Of a DNA stretch of 35,608 nt, positions 8,598-16,847 are shown piece by piece. The notes beneath the pieces are model-generated. The model was given only the letters and a program-made list of their open reading frames with translations, did no database searches and was not told the DNA's origin. Source of the stretch: a virus. Lineage: Duplodnaviria > Caudoviricetes. The position numbers and the translations under genes were made by a program. The stretch spans positions 1-35,608 of the IMG/VR virus record IMGVR_UViG_3300044266_000226, one strand, 5' to 3'. The stretch's first letter is position 1; the number at the start of each line of letters is the position of its first letter.

Positions 8598-10169
8598 ATG
8601 AAAAAAATCAAAGATATCATCAAAAAGAATCCTGAACCGGCCAAGGGTACAAATTTTGTAAACCCTAGCCAGCAAGGCCAGTATTCCGCAAAACACCAAG
8701 TTGCTGAATCAGCATCTTTGAATCAGTATTTGCAATCTAAAGGTATCAACCCACAATACGTTTCAAGAGATACCAAAATTGCTCATTCAAAATCTGCTGC
8801 TTATTTGGCCTGGCAGAGGGCTCACATGAATGAAGATATGACCACACAAAGAAGTGATGGTGATGCTCGTTCTTTAGACGTACATTCACCAACAATGCGT
8901 AGACAAAAATCTTTGCAACAAGTAGCTAAGCATTATACAATCAAACCTGTTACTTCACATACTTCTCAGGTACCTGTCAAAAAGGAAGGCAGTCAAACTC
9001 CACAATTGACACCAGAAGAAACAGTAAATGAAGTAGCAATGTCTAATTTGTCTCCTGCAGCACGAGCTCATGTGACCAAAGGTCGTGTGGCTACAGTTAA
9101 TCTTGGTACAAAGTCCACAGAACATAAACCCAAAGTTAAAACTGCACAACCAAAGAAACATGGTTTCTTGAGTAAAATTTTTGCTGGTGAAGGAGTTTCA
9201 CCTTTATTAAAAATGATACAAAAGAAATCTGAAAAAGAACAAAACAAAAGTATTAAAGATTTTAAAAGTAAACATAAAGATTCAACCAATCTAAAAATAG
9301 AAGAAACTGAGTTGGAAGAAGGTGCATATAAACGTATTGCAACAGACCGTGAAGAAACTGCTCGTTTGAAAAAGATGAGTGCTTTGGATAAGTTCCGTGC
9401 TGATGCTGCAGCTAGAGAAAAGAAACATGCTGAGATTGAAAAGAAGCAATCTAAAGATGGTTCTGGTATGACTTCTGCTATTGACCGTTTACAGAAGCAT
9501 TTGAATAAAGAAGATGCTGAGAACGAAAAGAAAATTGAGAAGAAGGTGGATAAAGTTATTAAAATGCTCAAAAAAGAAGAAGTTGAACAGATTGATGAAC
9601 TTAAAAAGTCCACAGTTAAGTCTTGGTTAGGTCAACAATCAGTTGTTCCACCAAAGAAACCTGGTATGGACAAGAAAGCACACAATCAAAGAATCAAGAC
9701 TCGTTCAAAATCTTGGGACCGTGCTCTTGACCGCTTGACTGGTCATAAACCAACTTCAGAAGATGTTGGTGATCCAAAGGCTGCTGTAAATGCTGATGGT
9801 CAACCAAATCCTCAGTTGGAACCAGTTTCGGAGAAAAAGAAACAAATGTCTAAATCTGCTCGTATGATTAAGGCATTATACAAGAAAAAACGTATGGTCA
9901 AAGAAGATATGTACGACCATGAGAAAGAAGATAAATCAGTAGCTACTTATGGTAAAAAACCTAAGCACGAAAAGGCTGATGAAAAAGACAGTAAAGGTGA
10001 AAAGAAACCTCAGGCCGCTGCAGTATTGACCGGAGGTACTACACTAACTGGTGCGAAGCGTGATGATATTGAGATTGATCCAATGATGAGAAACCGTCCT
10101 GGACAACCGGATGTCACGAAAAAAGATGATAAAGACAAGAAAAAAGAAGATAGTAAGAAAGATAAATAG
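8598..10169 (+). CDS. K/E-rich modular internal head (core-like) protein
   Basis: Basic modules separated by VAE, MNE, VNE, LEE, IDE, VSE, VKE motifs. Confidence 0.7.
   Translation: MKKIKDIIKKNPEPAKGTNFVNPSQQGQYSAKHQVAESASLNQYLQSKGINPQYVSRDTKIAHSKSAAYLAWQRAHMNEDMTTQRSDGDARSLDVHSPTMRRQKSLQQVAKHYTIKPVTSHTSQVPVKKEGSQTPQLTPEETVNEVAMSNLSPAARAHVTKGRVATVNLGTKSTEHKPKVKTAQPKKHGFLSKIFAGEGVSPLLKMIQKKSEKEQNKSIKDFKSKHKDSTNLKIEETELEEGAYKRIATDREETARLKKMSALDKFRADAAAREKKHAEIEKKQSKDGSGMTSAIDRLQKHLNKEDAENEKKIEKKVDKVIKMLKKEEVEQIDELKKSTVKSWLGQQSVVPPKKPGMDKKAHNQRIKTRSKSWDRALDRLTGHKPTSEDVGDPKAAVNADGQPNPQLEPVSEKKKQMSKSARMIKALYKKKRMVKEDMYDHEKEDKSVATYGKKPKHEKADEKDSKGEKKPQAAAVLTGGTTLTGAKRDDIEIDPMMRNRPGQPDVTKKDDKDKKKEDSKKDK
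10162..10168 (+). promoter_or_regulatory. T4-like late promoter (ATAAATA)
   Basis: GATAAATA 33 bp upstream of the 10202 gene, which has an AGGAG RBS. Confidence 0.65.
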
Positions 10170-10201
10170 AATCATAACCAAAGGCTTACAAGGAGAATAA
10201 G

Positions 10202-10843
10202 ATGCCAACATGGGGAAATACTGACGCAGTTAATCAAAAGCCAAAGTTTGATTTAGCTCGTACAACAAGAGAAGTTTTACAATTTAAAGTGCTTACCGGA
10301 AATACAGCTGGTAACAATATCATTCAAGTAGCATATAATGATGGTGCACAAAATAACGTTGCCAACGTAGGTGTGGCAGCAGGTCAATACGTTTACTTTT
10401 GGGCTAACGGCTTCGGCGTATCTGGTGGTCAATCAGGTAATGGTGTTCCAGGATTCTTTAAATCCAATACTACAGTTTCTTCAATTAGTGGTAACACAGT
10501 CACATTGTCCACTAATTTATTTGGCACCGTAACATCTAGTTTTGGTGTTGAATTTGATAAAGCCATTGCCTATAATGCAGGCAAAACTGCTTCTGCAAAC
10601 TATTGGGCCGATACTGTTCTAGTAACCACTACACGTTCCGAAGTTAATGGCGTTGGACCTGGTTCTAACTCTGCTTACACTTTGGGTAATGTTAACGTAG
10701 GTTGGAATCGTATCGTTAAGAAAGTAAACAATGATGGTACAACTCGTTACCTAAAAGAGACACTAGTTGCTTTGGCGAGTCCAACAGCATCAAATACAAG
10801 CTCAGGAAATACTTCTTGGGGTCAAGCATTTACTGGTCTTTAA
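10202..10843 (+). CDS. Virion structural/decoration protein
   Basis: MPTWGNTD start and GW...GTTRYLKETLVAL C-terminal motif typical of T4-like structural proteins; G/N/T/S-rich; flanked by late promoter and terminator. Confidence 0.65.
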   Translation: MPTWGNTDAVNQKPKFDLARTTREVLQFKVLTGNTAGNNIIQVAYNDGAQNNVANVGVAAGQYVYFWANGFGVSGGQSGNGVPGFFKSNTTVSSISGNTVTLSTNLFGTVTSSFGVEFDKAIAYNAGKTASANYWADTVLVTTTRSEVNGVGPGSNSAYTLGNVNVGWNRIVKKVNNDGTTRYLKETLVALASPTASNTSSGNTSWGQAFTGL

Positions 10844-10850
10844 TATTAAT

Positions 10851-10870
10851 GGGGGCTTAGGCCCCCTTTT
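10851..10870 (+). terminator. Rho-independent terminator
   Basis: GGGGGC-TTAG-GCCCCC-TTTT just after the stop codon. Confidence 0.85.
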
Positions 10871-10881
10871 AGGAATGATTA

Positions 10882-11268
10882 ATGTTTGATGATTTGAATG
10901 AAGATAACTTTATGATATATGCAATGAAGTGTTATGAATCACCTAATTGCGTCATGTCTGAATTTGAGGGAGATATTAAAAGAACCAAATATCTGAAGCG
11001 ATTGTTTCGTAGATATAAGGTTACCAAAACCCTCAAAGAACGACTGATATTAAACCATATCATTCTGTTGAATAATGTTTTTGGTCCAGAAGTAACATCA
11101 AGAATATTATTCTATAGGATAGATGAACGAGATTATGATATATTGAAAACCTTTTTGTCATATTTGGGTATAATGCCTGAAATGATATGGGGTATTAACG
11201 GAAAAAATATTCGCTCTGTTGATATACCAATGGATATAAATGTCGCAGAGATATTAAGGACAATATGA
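10882..11268 (+). CDS. Conserved T4-like phage hypothetical protein (DUF7207-like)
   Basis: YAMKCY.SPNC...EF..D.KR.KYLKRLF...ERLILNHII.L.NVFG pattern. Confidence 0.75.
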   Translation: MFDDLNEDNFMIYAMKCYESPNCVMSEFEGDIKRTKYLKRLFRRYKVTKTLKERLILNHIILLNNVFGPEVTSRILFYRIDERDYDILKTFLSYLGIMPEMIWGINGKNIRSVDIPMDINVAEILRTI

Positions 11269-11534
11269 TTTCATTTAAAAAATACTTAGAGGAACGTTGC
11301 TGGTCAGGTTATAAACCTGTTCCTGGTAAAAAGGCATACTCCAAAGGTTCATGCGTTAAAGAAGATGGTGGTGGTGCAGTTGCAGCAGGACCAACAGTAA
11401 CAGCTGGTAGCGGTGCAATTGCAGGTATCGGTGTAGGTAAGCAAGGTGAACCTGGTGTCGATTTAAGAAAACACAAAAAGAAAGTGGCTGACCCACGTTT
11501 GCCAATGGGTATTGGTAAACGAAAGGATTTTTAA
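11265..11534 (+). CDS. Small probable internal head protein with CWxGY module
   Basis: MISFKKYLEE start, CWSGY...SCVKE module, then G/A-rich and basic segment. Confidence 0.7.
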   Translation: MISFKKYLEERCWSGYKPVPGKKAYSKGSCVKEDGGGAVAAGPTVTAGSGAIAGIGVGKQGEPGVDLRKHKKKVADPRLPMGIGKRKDF

Positions 11535-11780
11535 TTGAACTTCAATAATGTTGTTGAATTAATAAAAGAAAAGTTTGATGTATATGTTGAACATGAGATA
11601 GCATCCAATGTAATGTTTTTAAAAGTTGAAGGCTTAGATAATGATAGTTTAGCAAGATACATTTTGGATAATTTTAAAGACGTTAAAGTTACAGTTAAAG
11701 AAAAAGAAAAGTATCAATTTTCATCCGATTGGATTAAAATAGAAGCTTCAAATGAAAAAGAACTTGTGTTGACAAAATGA
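11535..11780 (+). CDS. Hypothetical protein
   Basis: TTG start with AAGGA upstream; fills the gap and overlaps the next start (ATGA). Confidence 0.6.
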   Translation: MNFNNVVELIKEKFDVYVEHEIASNVMFLKVEGLDNDSLARYILDNFKDVKVTVKEKEKYQFSSDWIKIEASNEKELVLTK

Positions 11781-12280
11781 TATGGTTTTTATTAAATTTT
11801 ATTTCTGATTATGTATTGACTTGGTTAGTACATGGTGCAGTATTAATAGGATTTCTATTACAATTCGCCGGACTAATTAAAAGAATACCAGGAGTTGGAC
11901 CTTACGCAATTGTAGCAAAAGAATTGGGTATTATATTACTTGTAGTTGGTATATTCTTTGAGGGTGTTTTATATAACACAATGAATCATAAAGCCGAAAT
12001 AGAAGAAATGCAAGCAAAAATTGCTCTGGCCGAACAAAAGAGTAAAACCGCTAATGATAAATTAAATGATGCGTTAACGAATCGAAGAAATAATATTAAA
12101 GATGAAGTGAGTAAAAATGCTAGAAACATTGAAGCGAAAAGGCAGTCTATTAATTCTGATTGTAATCTTACTAACGATGCTTGGTTGCTCTACAACCGTG
12201 CCGTTGAAACAAAAGTTCCCGGAAGCACCGGAACAACTAATGGAACCGGCACCGGAATTAACAGAATTACCAGAAAATAA
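11777..12280 (+). CDS. Inner-membrane spanin (Rz-like)
   Basis: N-terminal TM helices, periplasmic coiled coil, C-terminal Cys; overlapped by a lipoprotein gene. Confidence 0.75.
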   Translation: MIWFLLNFISDYVLTWLVHGAVLIGFLLQFAGLIKRIPGVGPYAIVAKELGIILLVVGIFFEGVLYNTMNHKAEIEEMQAKIALAEQKSKTANDKLNDALTNRRNNIKDEVSKNARNIEAKRQSINSDCNLTNDAWLLYNRAVETKVPGSTGTTNGTGTGINRITRK

Positions 12281-12410
12281 AAAGACATTAACTGACCTGA
12301 TTGAAAATGCTAATGACAATTATGGACAGTATTACGATTTGAAAGCAAAGTATCAAACTTGGCAAGAATGGTATAAACAACAGAAACAAATATTTGAGAG
12401 TATAGAATAA
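12117..12410 (+). CDS. Outer-membrane spanin lipoprotein (Rz1-like)
   Basis: Lipobox MLGC, Pro-rich FPEAPEQLMEPAP; +1 frame overlap with the i-spanin 3' end. Confidence 0.8.
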   Translation: MLETLKRKGSLLILIVILLTMLGCSTTVPLKQKFPEAPEQLMEPAPELTELPENKKTLTDLIENANDNYGQYYDLKAKYQTWQEWYKQQKQIFESIE

Positions 12411-13021
12411 TGGAATTGACATTACAACAATTACAAGCCATCATTGGTAATAATCCATACATCGAACATTGGTATGAGGCTTTAAGTAAAGCACTACCTG
12501 ATTATGAGATTAACACACCTCAACGCCTTGCTGCTTGGTTTGGTGAAACCAAAGTGGAATCCGCTAACTATACAGCAATCAAAGAAAACTTAAACTACAA
12601 ACCTGAATCATTGGTCCGTTTATGGCATTCTCATTTCCCATCAATGGATGTTGCTAATCAATATGCACATAATCCTGAAGCAATTGCAAATCGTGCTTAT
12701 GGTGGTCGTATGGGTAATGGTGATGAAGCATCTGGTGATGGTTGGAGATTCTGTGGTCGTGGATTGATTCAATTGACCGGCCGTACCAATTATCAAGCAT
12801 TTGCAGATTCACTACAAATTAGTGTTGATGATGCCGCACAATACTTAGAAACATTTGAAGGTTGTGTTCAGTCTGCTTGCTGGTTTTGGGAAAATAACAA
12901 TCTAAATGCTTTGGCGGACCAAGGTAACATTGATGCAATCTCCAAAAAAGTAAATGGTGGAACAGAAGGTTTAGAACAACGCAGAAATTTCTATCAACAC
13001 GCATTACAAGTTCTATCATGA
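12410..13021 (+). CDS. Glycoside hydrolase family 19 endolysin
   Basis: INTPQRLAAW...VES, ENLNY, GRMGNG, GRGLIQLTGRTNY, SACWFW, VNGG motifs. Confidence 0.92.
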   Translation: MELTLQQLQAIIGNNPYIEHWYEALSKALPDYEINTPQRLAAWFGETKVESANYTAIKENLNYKPESLVRLWHSHFPSMDVANQYAHNPEAIANRAYGGRMGNGDEASGDGWRFCGRGLIQLTGRTNYQAFADSLQISVDDAAQYLETFEGCVQSACWFWENNNLNALADQGNIDAISKKVNGGTEGLEQRRNFYQHALQVLS

Positions 13022-13401
13022 AAAAATTACTAATCGTTTTAGTTGCATTACAATTGTCCGGTTGTGCAGTTTATGAAACCGTGAAGGATAGTCTGTTTAT
13101 GGCACCATACGATAACAACGAATATATGTTAATCAATAAGATTCGTACTATTGCAAAATTAGGTAGTTGTGATACTGGTTCTATGAATGACCTTTATTCT
13201 GTATCATTGGAATTGAAGAACTATTCTCAGTACTTACCTCATAATGATAAGACCTTGGCTATGGATGAAAACCTGTTTAAAATAGTCGAGGAATTGCATA
13301 ATAAGAAAGATCCTAGTGCGGCTTATTGCACAGCAAAACTAAATATAATAGGTTCTTCAGCAGAAACCATACAAAAATCCGTAGGAGCTAGACCAAGATG
13401 A
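13018..13401 (+). CDS. Lipoprotein
   Basis: MKK-hydrophobic-LSGC lipobox; two further Cys. Confidence 0.8.
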   Translation: MKKLLIVLVALQLSGCAVYETVKDSLFMAPYDNNEYMLINKIRTIAKLGSCDTGSMNDLYSVSLELKNYSQYLPHNDKTLAMDENLFKIVEELHNKKDPSAAYCTAKLNIIGSSAETIQKSVGARPR

Positions 13402-13610
13402 GTCCATTACAACCTGTAGCAGAACAAGCAAACGCTTATCATCAACAGTATCTTGCTGGCCAGTTATCCGCTGAAGATTTTAAAGAGTTGGTAAACGACT
13501 TAAACATTGGCGCTCAGATTCAACAACAATCTGATGATTTGGTGGCGGATGAAATGTACCGTCAAATTATCATTGGTGTCTATCAAGCAGCCTCAGCATT
13601 AGTGAGTTAA
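13398..13610 (+). CDS. Hypothetical protein
   Basis: AGGAG RBS, coupled to the upstream gene. Confidence 0.7.
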   Translation: MSPLQPVAEQANAYHQQYLAGQLSAEDFKELVNDLNIGAQIQQQSDDLVADEMYRQIIIGVYQAASALVS

Positions 13611-13611
13611 A

Positions 13612-14184
13612 ATGGCACTATTAGATTCAGTATTAGGTTTAATCAATAAACAACCTAAAGATCCAGACGCACCTAAGCCTCCTGTTGGTTCTCGTTCCGA
13701 AAGAGAAGCAAAGATTAAAGACAAAGCAGGTCTTGTCATCAATATCTTTGCCTTATTGCTTGCGGTAAACACATATTTCGGTGGTTCACTAAGTTCAACT
13801 GTTATGAACAATACCATCAAAGCAAATGATATTTGGAATTTCTATCAAGCTAAATCCATCAAGCAAACAGAATATCAATTAGCTTCTGAACAAACTAATG
13901 ATCCTGTTAAAGCAAAGAAATGGTCCGAGAAGGCTGCTTCTTATGAAGATGGAGAAGAAGGTAAAAAAGTATTATTTGAAAAAGCAAAGAAACTTGAAGC
14001 TGAAAGAGATTTTGCTAAAAGAAAATCCCCATGGATTTCGTATGCTTCTACTGCATATCAATTAAGTATTGTATTGTTATCTGCATCTATTCTGGCAGTT
14101 AATATGATGATGTTTTGGGCTAGTTTTGGAGTCGCAGGAGTCGGCTTGGTTCTGATGAGCCAAGGTTTATTTTTGTGGTTCTAA
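13612..14184 (+). CDS. DUF4337-like membrane protein
   Basis: TM, ANDIWNFYQAKSIKQ, coiled coil, two C-terminal TMs. Confidence 0.75.
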   Translation: MALLDSVLGLINKQPKDPDAPKPPVGSRSEREAKIKDKAGLVINIFALLLAVNTYFGGSLSSTVMNNTIKANDIWNFYQAKSIKQTEYQLASEQTNDPVKAKKWSEKAASYEDGEEGKKVLFEKAKKLEAERDFAKRKSPWISYASTAYQLSIVLLSASILAVNMMMFWASFGVAGVGLVLMSQGLFLWF

Positions 14185-14193
14185 GGATTAGAA

Positions 14194-14757
14194 ATGGCTA
14201 AATCGAGCGATAGCAATTGGATGCAACAACTTTGGCGTCCAATGATGGGTTGGATGTACATGTTAATTTGTTTACTTGACATGGCAGTATTTCCTGTATG
14301 CTGGTCATTGTTACAAGCACTCAGTCATCAACAAATCACACAATGGAATCCACTAACACTCCAAGGCGCAGGACTATTTCATATTGCAATGGGTGCCGTT
14401 CTAGGCATCGCTGCTTTCGGTAGAACACAAGAAAAACTTGCTGGTACTGCTGCTAATCCAACTGCAACATCGCAAACCATCACACAAAATGGTAACATGG
14501 GTGGCATGGGTATGAACAATGGTATGGGTGGTATGGGTATGAATTCTGGTATGGGTGGTATGAGTGGCGGTATGGGTATGGGAATGAATAGTGGTATGAG
14601 TGGTGGTTTTGGTGGTGGAATGAATTCAGGTATGGGCGGCGGATTTGGTTCACCATCAATGTCTATGGGAAGTTCTCCAGCGCCAACAATAACACCGCCA
14701 GCATCAACACCTACAAATAGTAAATCGACAGTACCCCAATCGTTTCCTCCACTTTAA
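14194..14757 (+). CDS. Holin-like membrane protein with Gly/Met-rich tail
   Basis: WRPMMGWMY...GAVLGIAAFGRTQEK pattern of 3TM-holin-like proteins; lysis-cassette context. Confidence 0.65.
   Translation: MAKSSDSNWMQQLWRPMMGWMYMLICLLDMAVFPVCWSLLQALSHQQITQWNPLTLQGAGLFHIAMGAVLGIAAFGRTQEKLAGTAANPTATSQTITQNGNMGGMGMNNGMGGMGMNSGMGGMSGGMGMGMNSGMSGGFGGGMNSGMGGGFGSPSMSMGSSPAPTITPPASTPTNSKSTVPQSFPPL
14497..14650 (+). repeat. Low-complexity GGT/ATG coding repeat (G-G-M, MNSGMG units)
   Basis: Repeated ggtatgggtggtatg / ggaatgaat units. Confidence 0.8.
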
Positions 14758-14766
14758 GGACATAAA

Positions 14767-14934
14767 ATGAAAAAGACTATTGCCTTTTTAGGCCTTGCTT
14801 TCTGTTTAAATACCGTATATGCTGTAGAGACAAAAATGGTTTGTCATGATATTAATGGTAAAAAGGTTTGCAAACAAGTTAAAATTCATGAAAAATTGGC
14901 TGACGCAACCGTTGTACCAACTAAGAAAAAATAA
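14767..14934 (+). CDS. 55-aa secreted protein (not in ORF track)
   Basis: AAGGA RBS; MKKTIAFLGLAFCLNTVYA signal peptide; mature part with two Cys and KIH motif. Confidence 0.75.
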   Translation: MKKTIAFLGLAFCLNTVYAVETKMVCHDINGKKVCKQVKIHEKLADATVVPTKKK

Positions 14935-15348
14935 ATGACAGACAACGACATCAAGGTTGATGTTGGTATTTTAAAAACACAAGTATCGACTTTATCCTCA
15001 CTTTGTGATAAAATGGACCAGGTTATGGAAAAACTGGTGGAACAACACGACCGTCACATAGCAAAGGTTTATGACGATATGGAAGACCGTAGGTTAGAGA
15101 CCGATGCGGACGTTAAAGAAATTCATGACCGTATCGATACGGTATTGGAAAAAGTCCAAGATTCTGAACGCAGATTAATGGAAGAAATGAAAGGCTTGAA
15201 GAAGGCTATGGGTGAACATAGTGAAAGTTCCAAACTACAATTTGAGAAATTAAACCAATGGAAATGGACAATTGCCGGTGGTATTCTTGTAATATCATGG
15301 TTGATTTCTCATTCAAATCTTGATACAATAGTTAAATCTATTCACTAA
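14935..15348 (+). CDS. Coiled-coil protein with C-terminal TM helix
   Basis: Heptad pattern followed by WKWTIAGGILVISWLI. Confidence 0.75.
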   Translation: MTDNDIKVDVGILKTQVSTLSSLCDKMDQVMEKLVEQHDRHIAKVYDDMEDRRLETDADVKEIHDRIDTVLEKVQDSERRLMEEMKGLKKAMGEHSESSKLQFEKLNQWKWTIAGGILVISWLISHSNLDTIVKSIH

Positions 15349-15363
15349 ATTAAATATTATATT

Positions 15364-16377
15364 ATGAGTGTTTTTATTGACAGGACTTTCCTGTTGCGTT
15401 TGTCGCCTAAGTTAAATCGGTTCTCACAAAAGAAAACCGATTTATATAACTTCAGGTGTCCTCTCTGTGGTGATTCCACCAAAAATAAAACTAAAGCTCG
15501 TGGTTTTGTATACCGCAAAAAGAATGACTACTTTTATATGTGTCATAATTGTGGTGTGTCGACCACATTTTATAACTTCTTGAAACAATTAGATTCCAAT
15601 TTGTGTAAAGAATATCAGCTTGAAAGATATAAAAATGGAGAAACGGGAAATAACAATTACACGAAGCCGGACTTTCAGGAATTTAAGACGGAGAAACCGA
15701 CATTCAAGAAGTCGCTTGGAATTCCATCACTCAACGATTTACCAGAGGCACATTATGCTAAAAGTTATGTTCAGTCGAGACGGATTCCAGAGACCTTTTA
15801 TTCGCAACTATACTATGCGGAAGATTTCGCAGCCTTCATACAAGATTTGGGGATTACGGGTCAGACACTTAAAGAAGGTGACAGTAGGCTCGTCATACCG
15901 TTCTATGATAAAGAAAAGAACCTCATTGCGGTACAAGGTCGTGCGTTAGGTGAATCGAAACTCCGTTATATAACAATTAAGTTACATGATGACTTCAAAA
16001 AGGTCTATGGACTTGATAGGATTGATTTGGCCAAAGATGTTTATGTTGTTGAAGGTCCAATCGATTCAATGTTTATTGAGAACGCAGTGGCCACAGCAGA
16101 CTCTAATTTGGAATCGATTACCGATTGCGTGGACAAGTCCAAGGTGGTTCTGGTGTTCGACAACGAACCTCGTAACAAAGAAATCGTATCAAAAATAAAT
16201 TTTGCTATCGACAGGCACTTCAAAGTTGTCATCTGGCCAGAATTCATTGATTCTAAAGACATTAATGAAATGGTGTTGGATGGTTTCTCGCCTGATGAAA
16301 TTCAAGACATTATAAGTAAAAATACCTTTGTAAATCTTAGAGCAAAAATGGAGTTTGTGAATTGGAAAAAGATTTAA
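15364..16377 (+). CDS. gp61: T4-like DNA primase
   Basis: Zn ribbon CPLCGDS...CHNC, TOPRIM VVEGPIDSMF, FDNEPRN, KDINEM. Confidence 0.95.
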   Translation: MSVFIDRTFLLRLSPKLNRFSQKKTDLYNFRCPLCGDSTKNKTKARGFVYRKKNDYFYMCHNCGVSTTFYNFLKQLDSNLCKEYQLERYKNGETGNNNYTKPDFQEFKTEKPTFKKSLGIPSLNDLPEAHYAKSYVQSRRIPETFYSQLYYAEDFAAFIQDLGITGQTLKEGDSRLVIPFYDKEKNLIAVQGRALGESKLRYITIKLHDDFKKVYGLDRIDLAKDVYVVEGPIDSMFIENAVATADSNLESITDCVDKSKVVLVFDNEPRNKEIVSKINFAIDRHFKVVIWPEFIDSKDINEMVLDGFSPDEIQDIISKNTFVNLRAKMEFVNWKKI

Positions 16378-16826
16378 TTAATTGGGTACAAAGGATTTCT
16401 GAAAGAAAGGATGAACTCGGTGGGTTTAATGTTTGTCCTTACGCTAAGAAGGCATTAGAAGATAAAAAAGTATTTTGGTCTTACATTGGTCAAGAATGTG
16501 AAGCCTACATACTCAGATACATTGAAATGACACCTGACTTTGAGGTAATTGTTTTTTATAATCTTAAAAAGAACTTGACGGATGAGAATTTAAAAGATAT
16601 CATAACCAAGTTACAATCAAAACGTAATGATATGATTTTTTTGAAAGACCATCCTGATAATCCTGGTTTTATTAATGGTATTAGTACAAGTAACGGTGAG
16701 TATCCCACTATTTTGGTTCAACCAAGAGACAAATTGGAAGAAGCAAGAGAAAAATTAATGAAAACTAATTATTATGATTATTGGAGTGAAGATTATAAAA
16801 AAGAAATTTTGAATTACGGAAAATAA
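16362..16826 (+). CDS. DUF1415-like protein
   Basis: CPYAK and DHPD motifs. Confidence 0.6.
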   Translation: MEKDLINWVQRISERKDELGGFNVCPYAKKALEDKKVFWSYIGQECEAYILRYIEMTPDFEVIVFYNLKKNLTDENLKDIITKLQSKRNDMIFLKDHPDNPGFINGISTSNGEYPTILVQPRDKLEEAREKLMKTNYYDYWSEDYKKEILNYGK

Positions 16827-16847
16827 TAACAATAAAGGTGAATTTGC

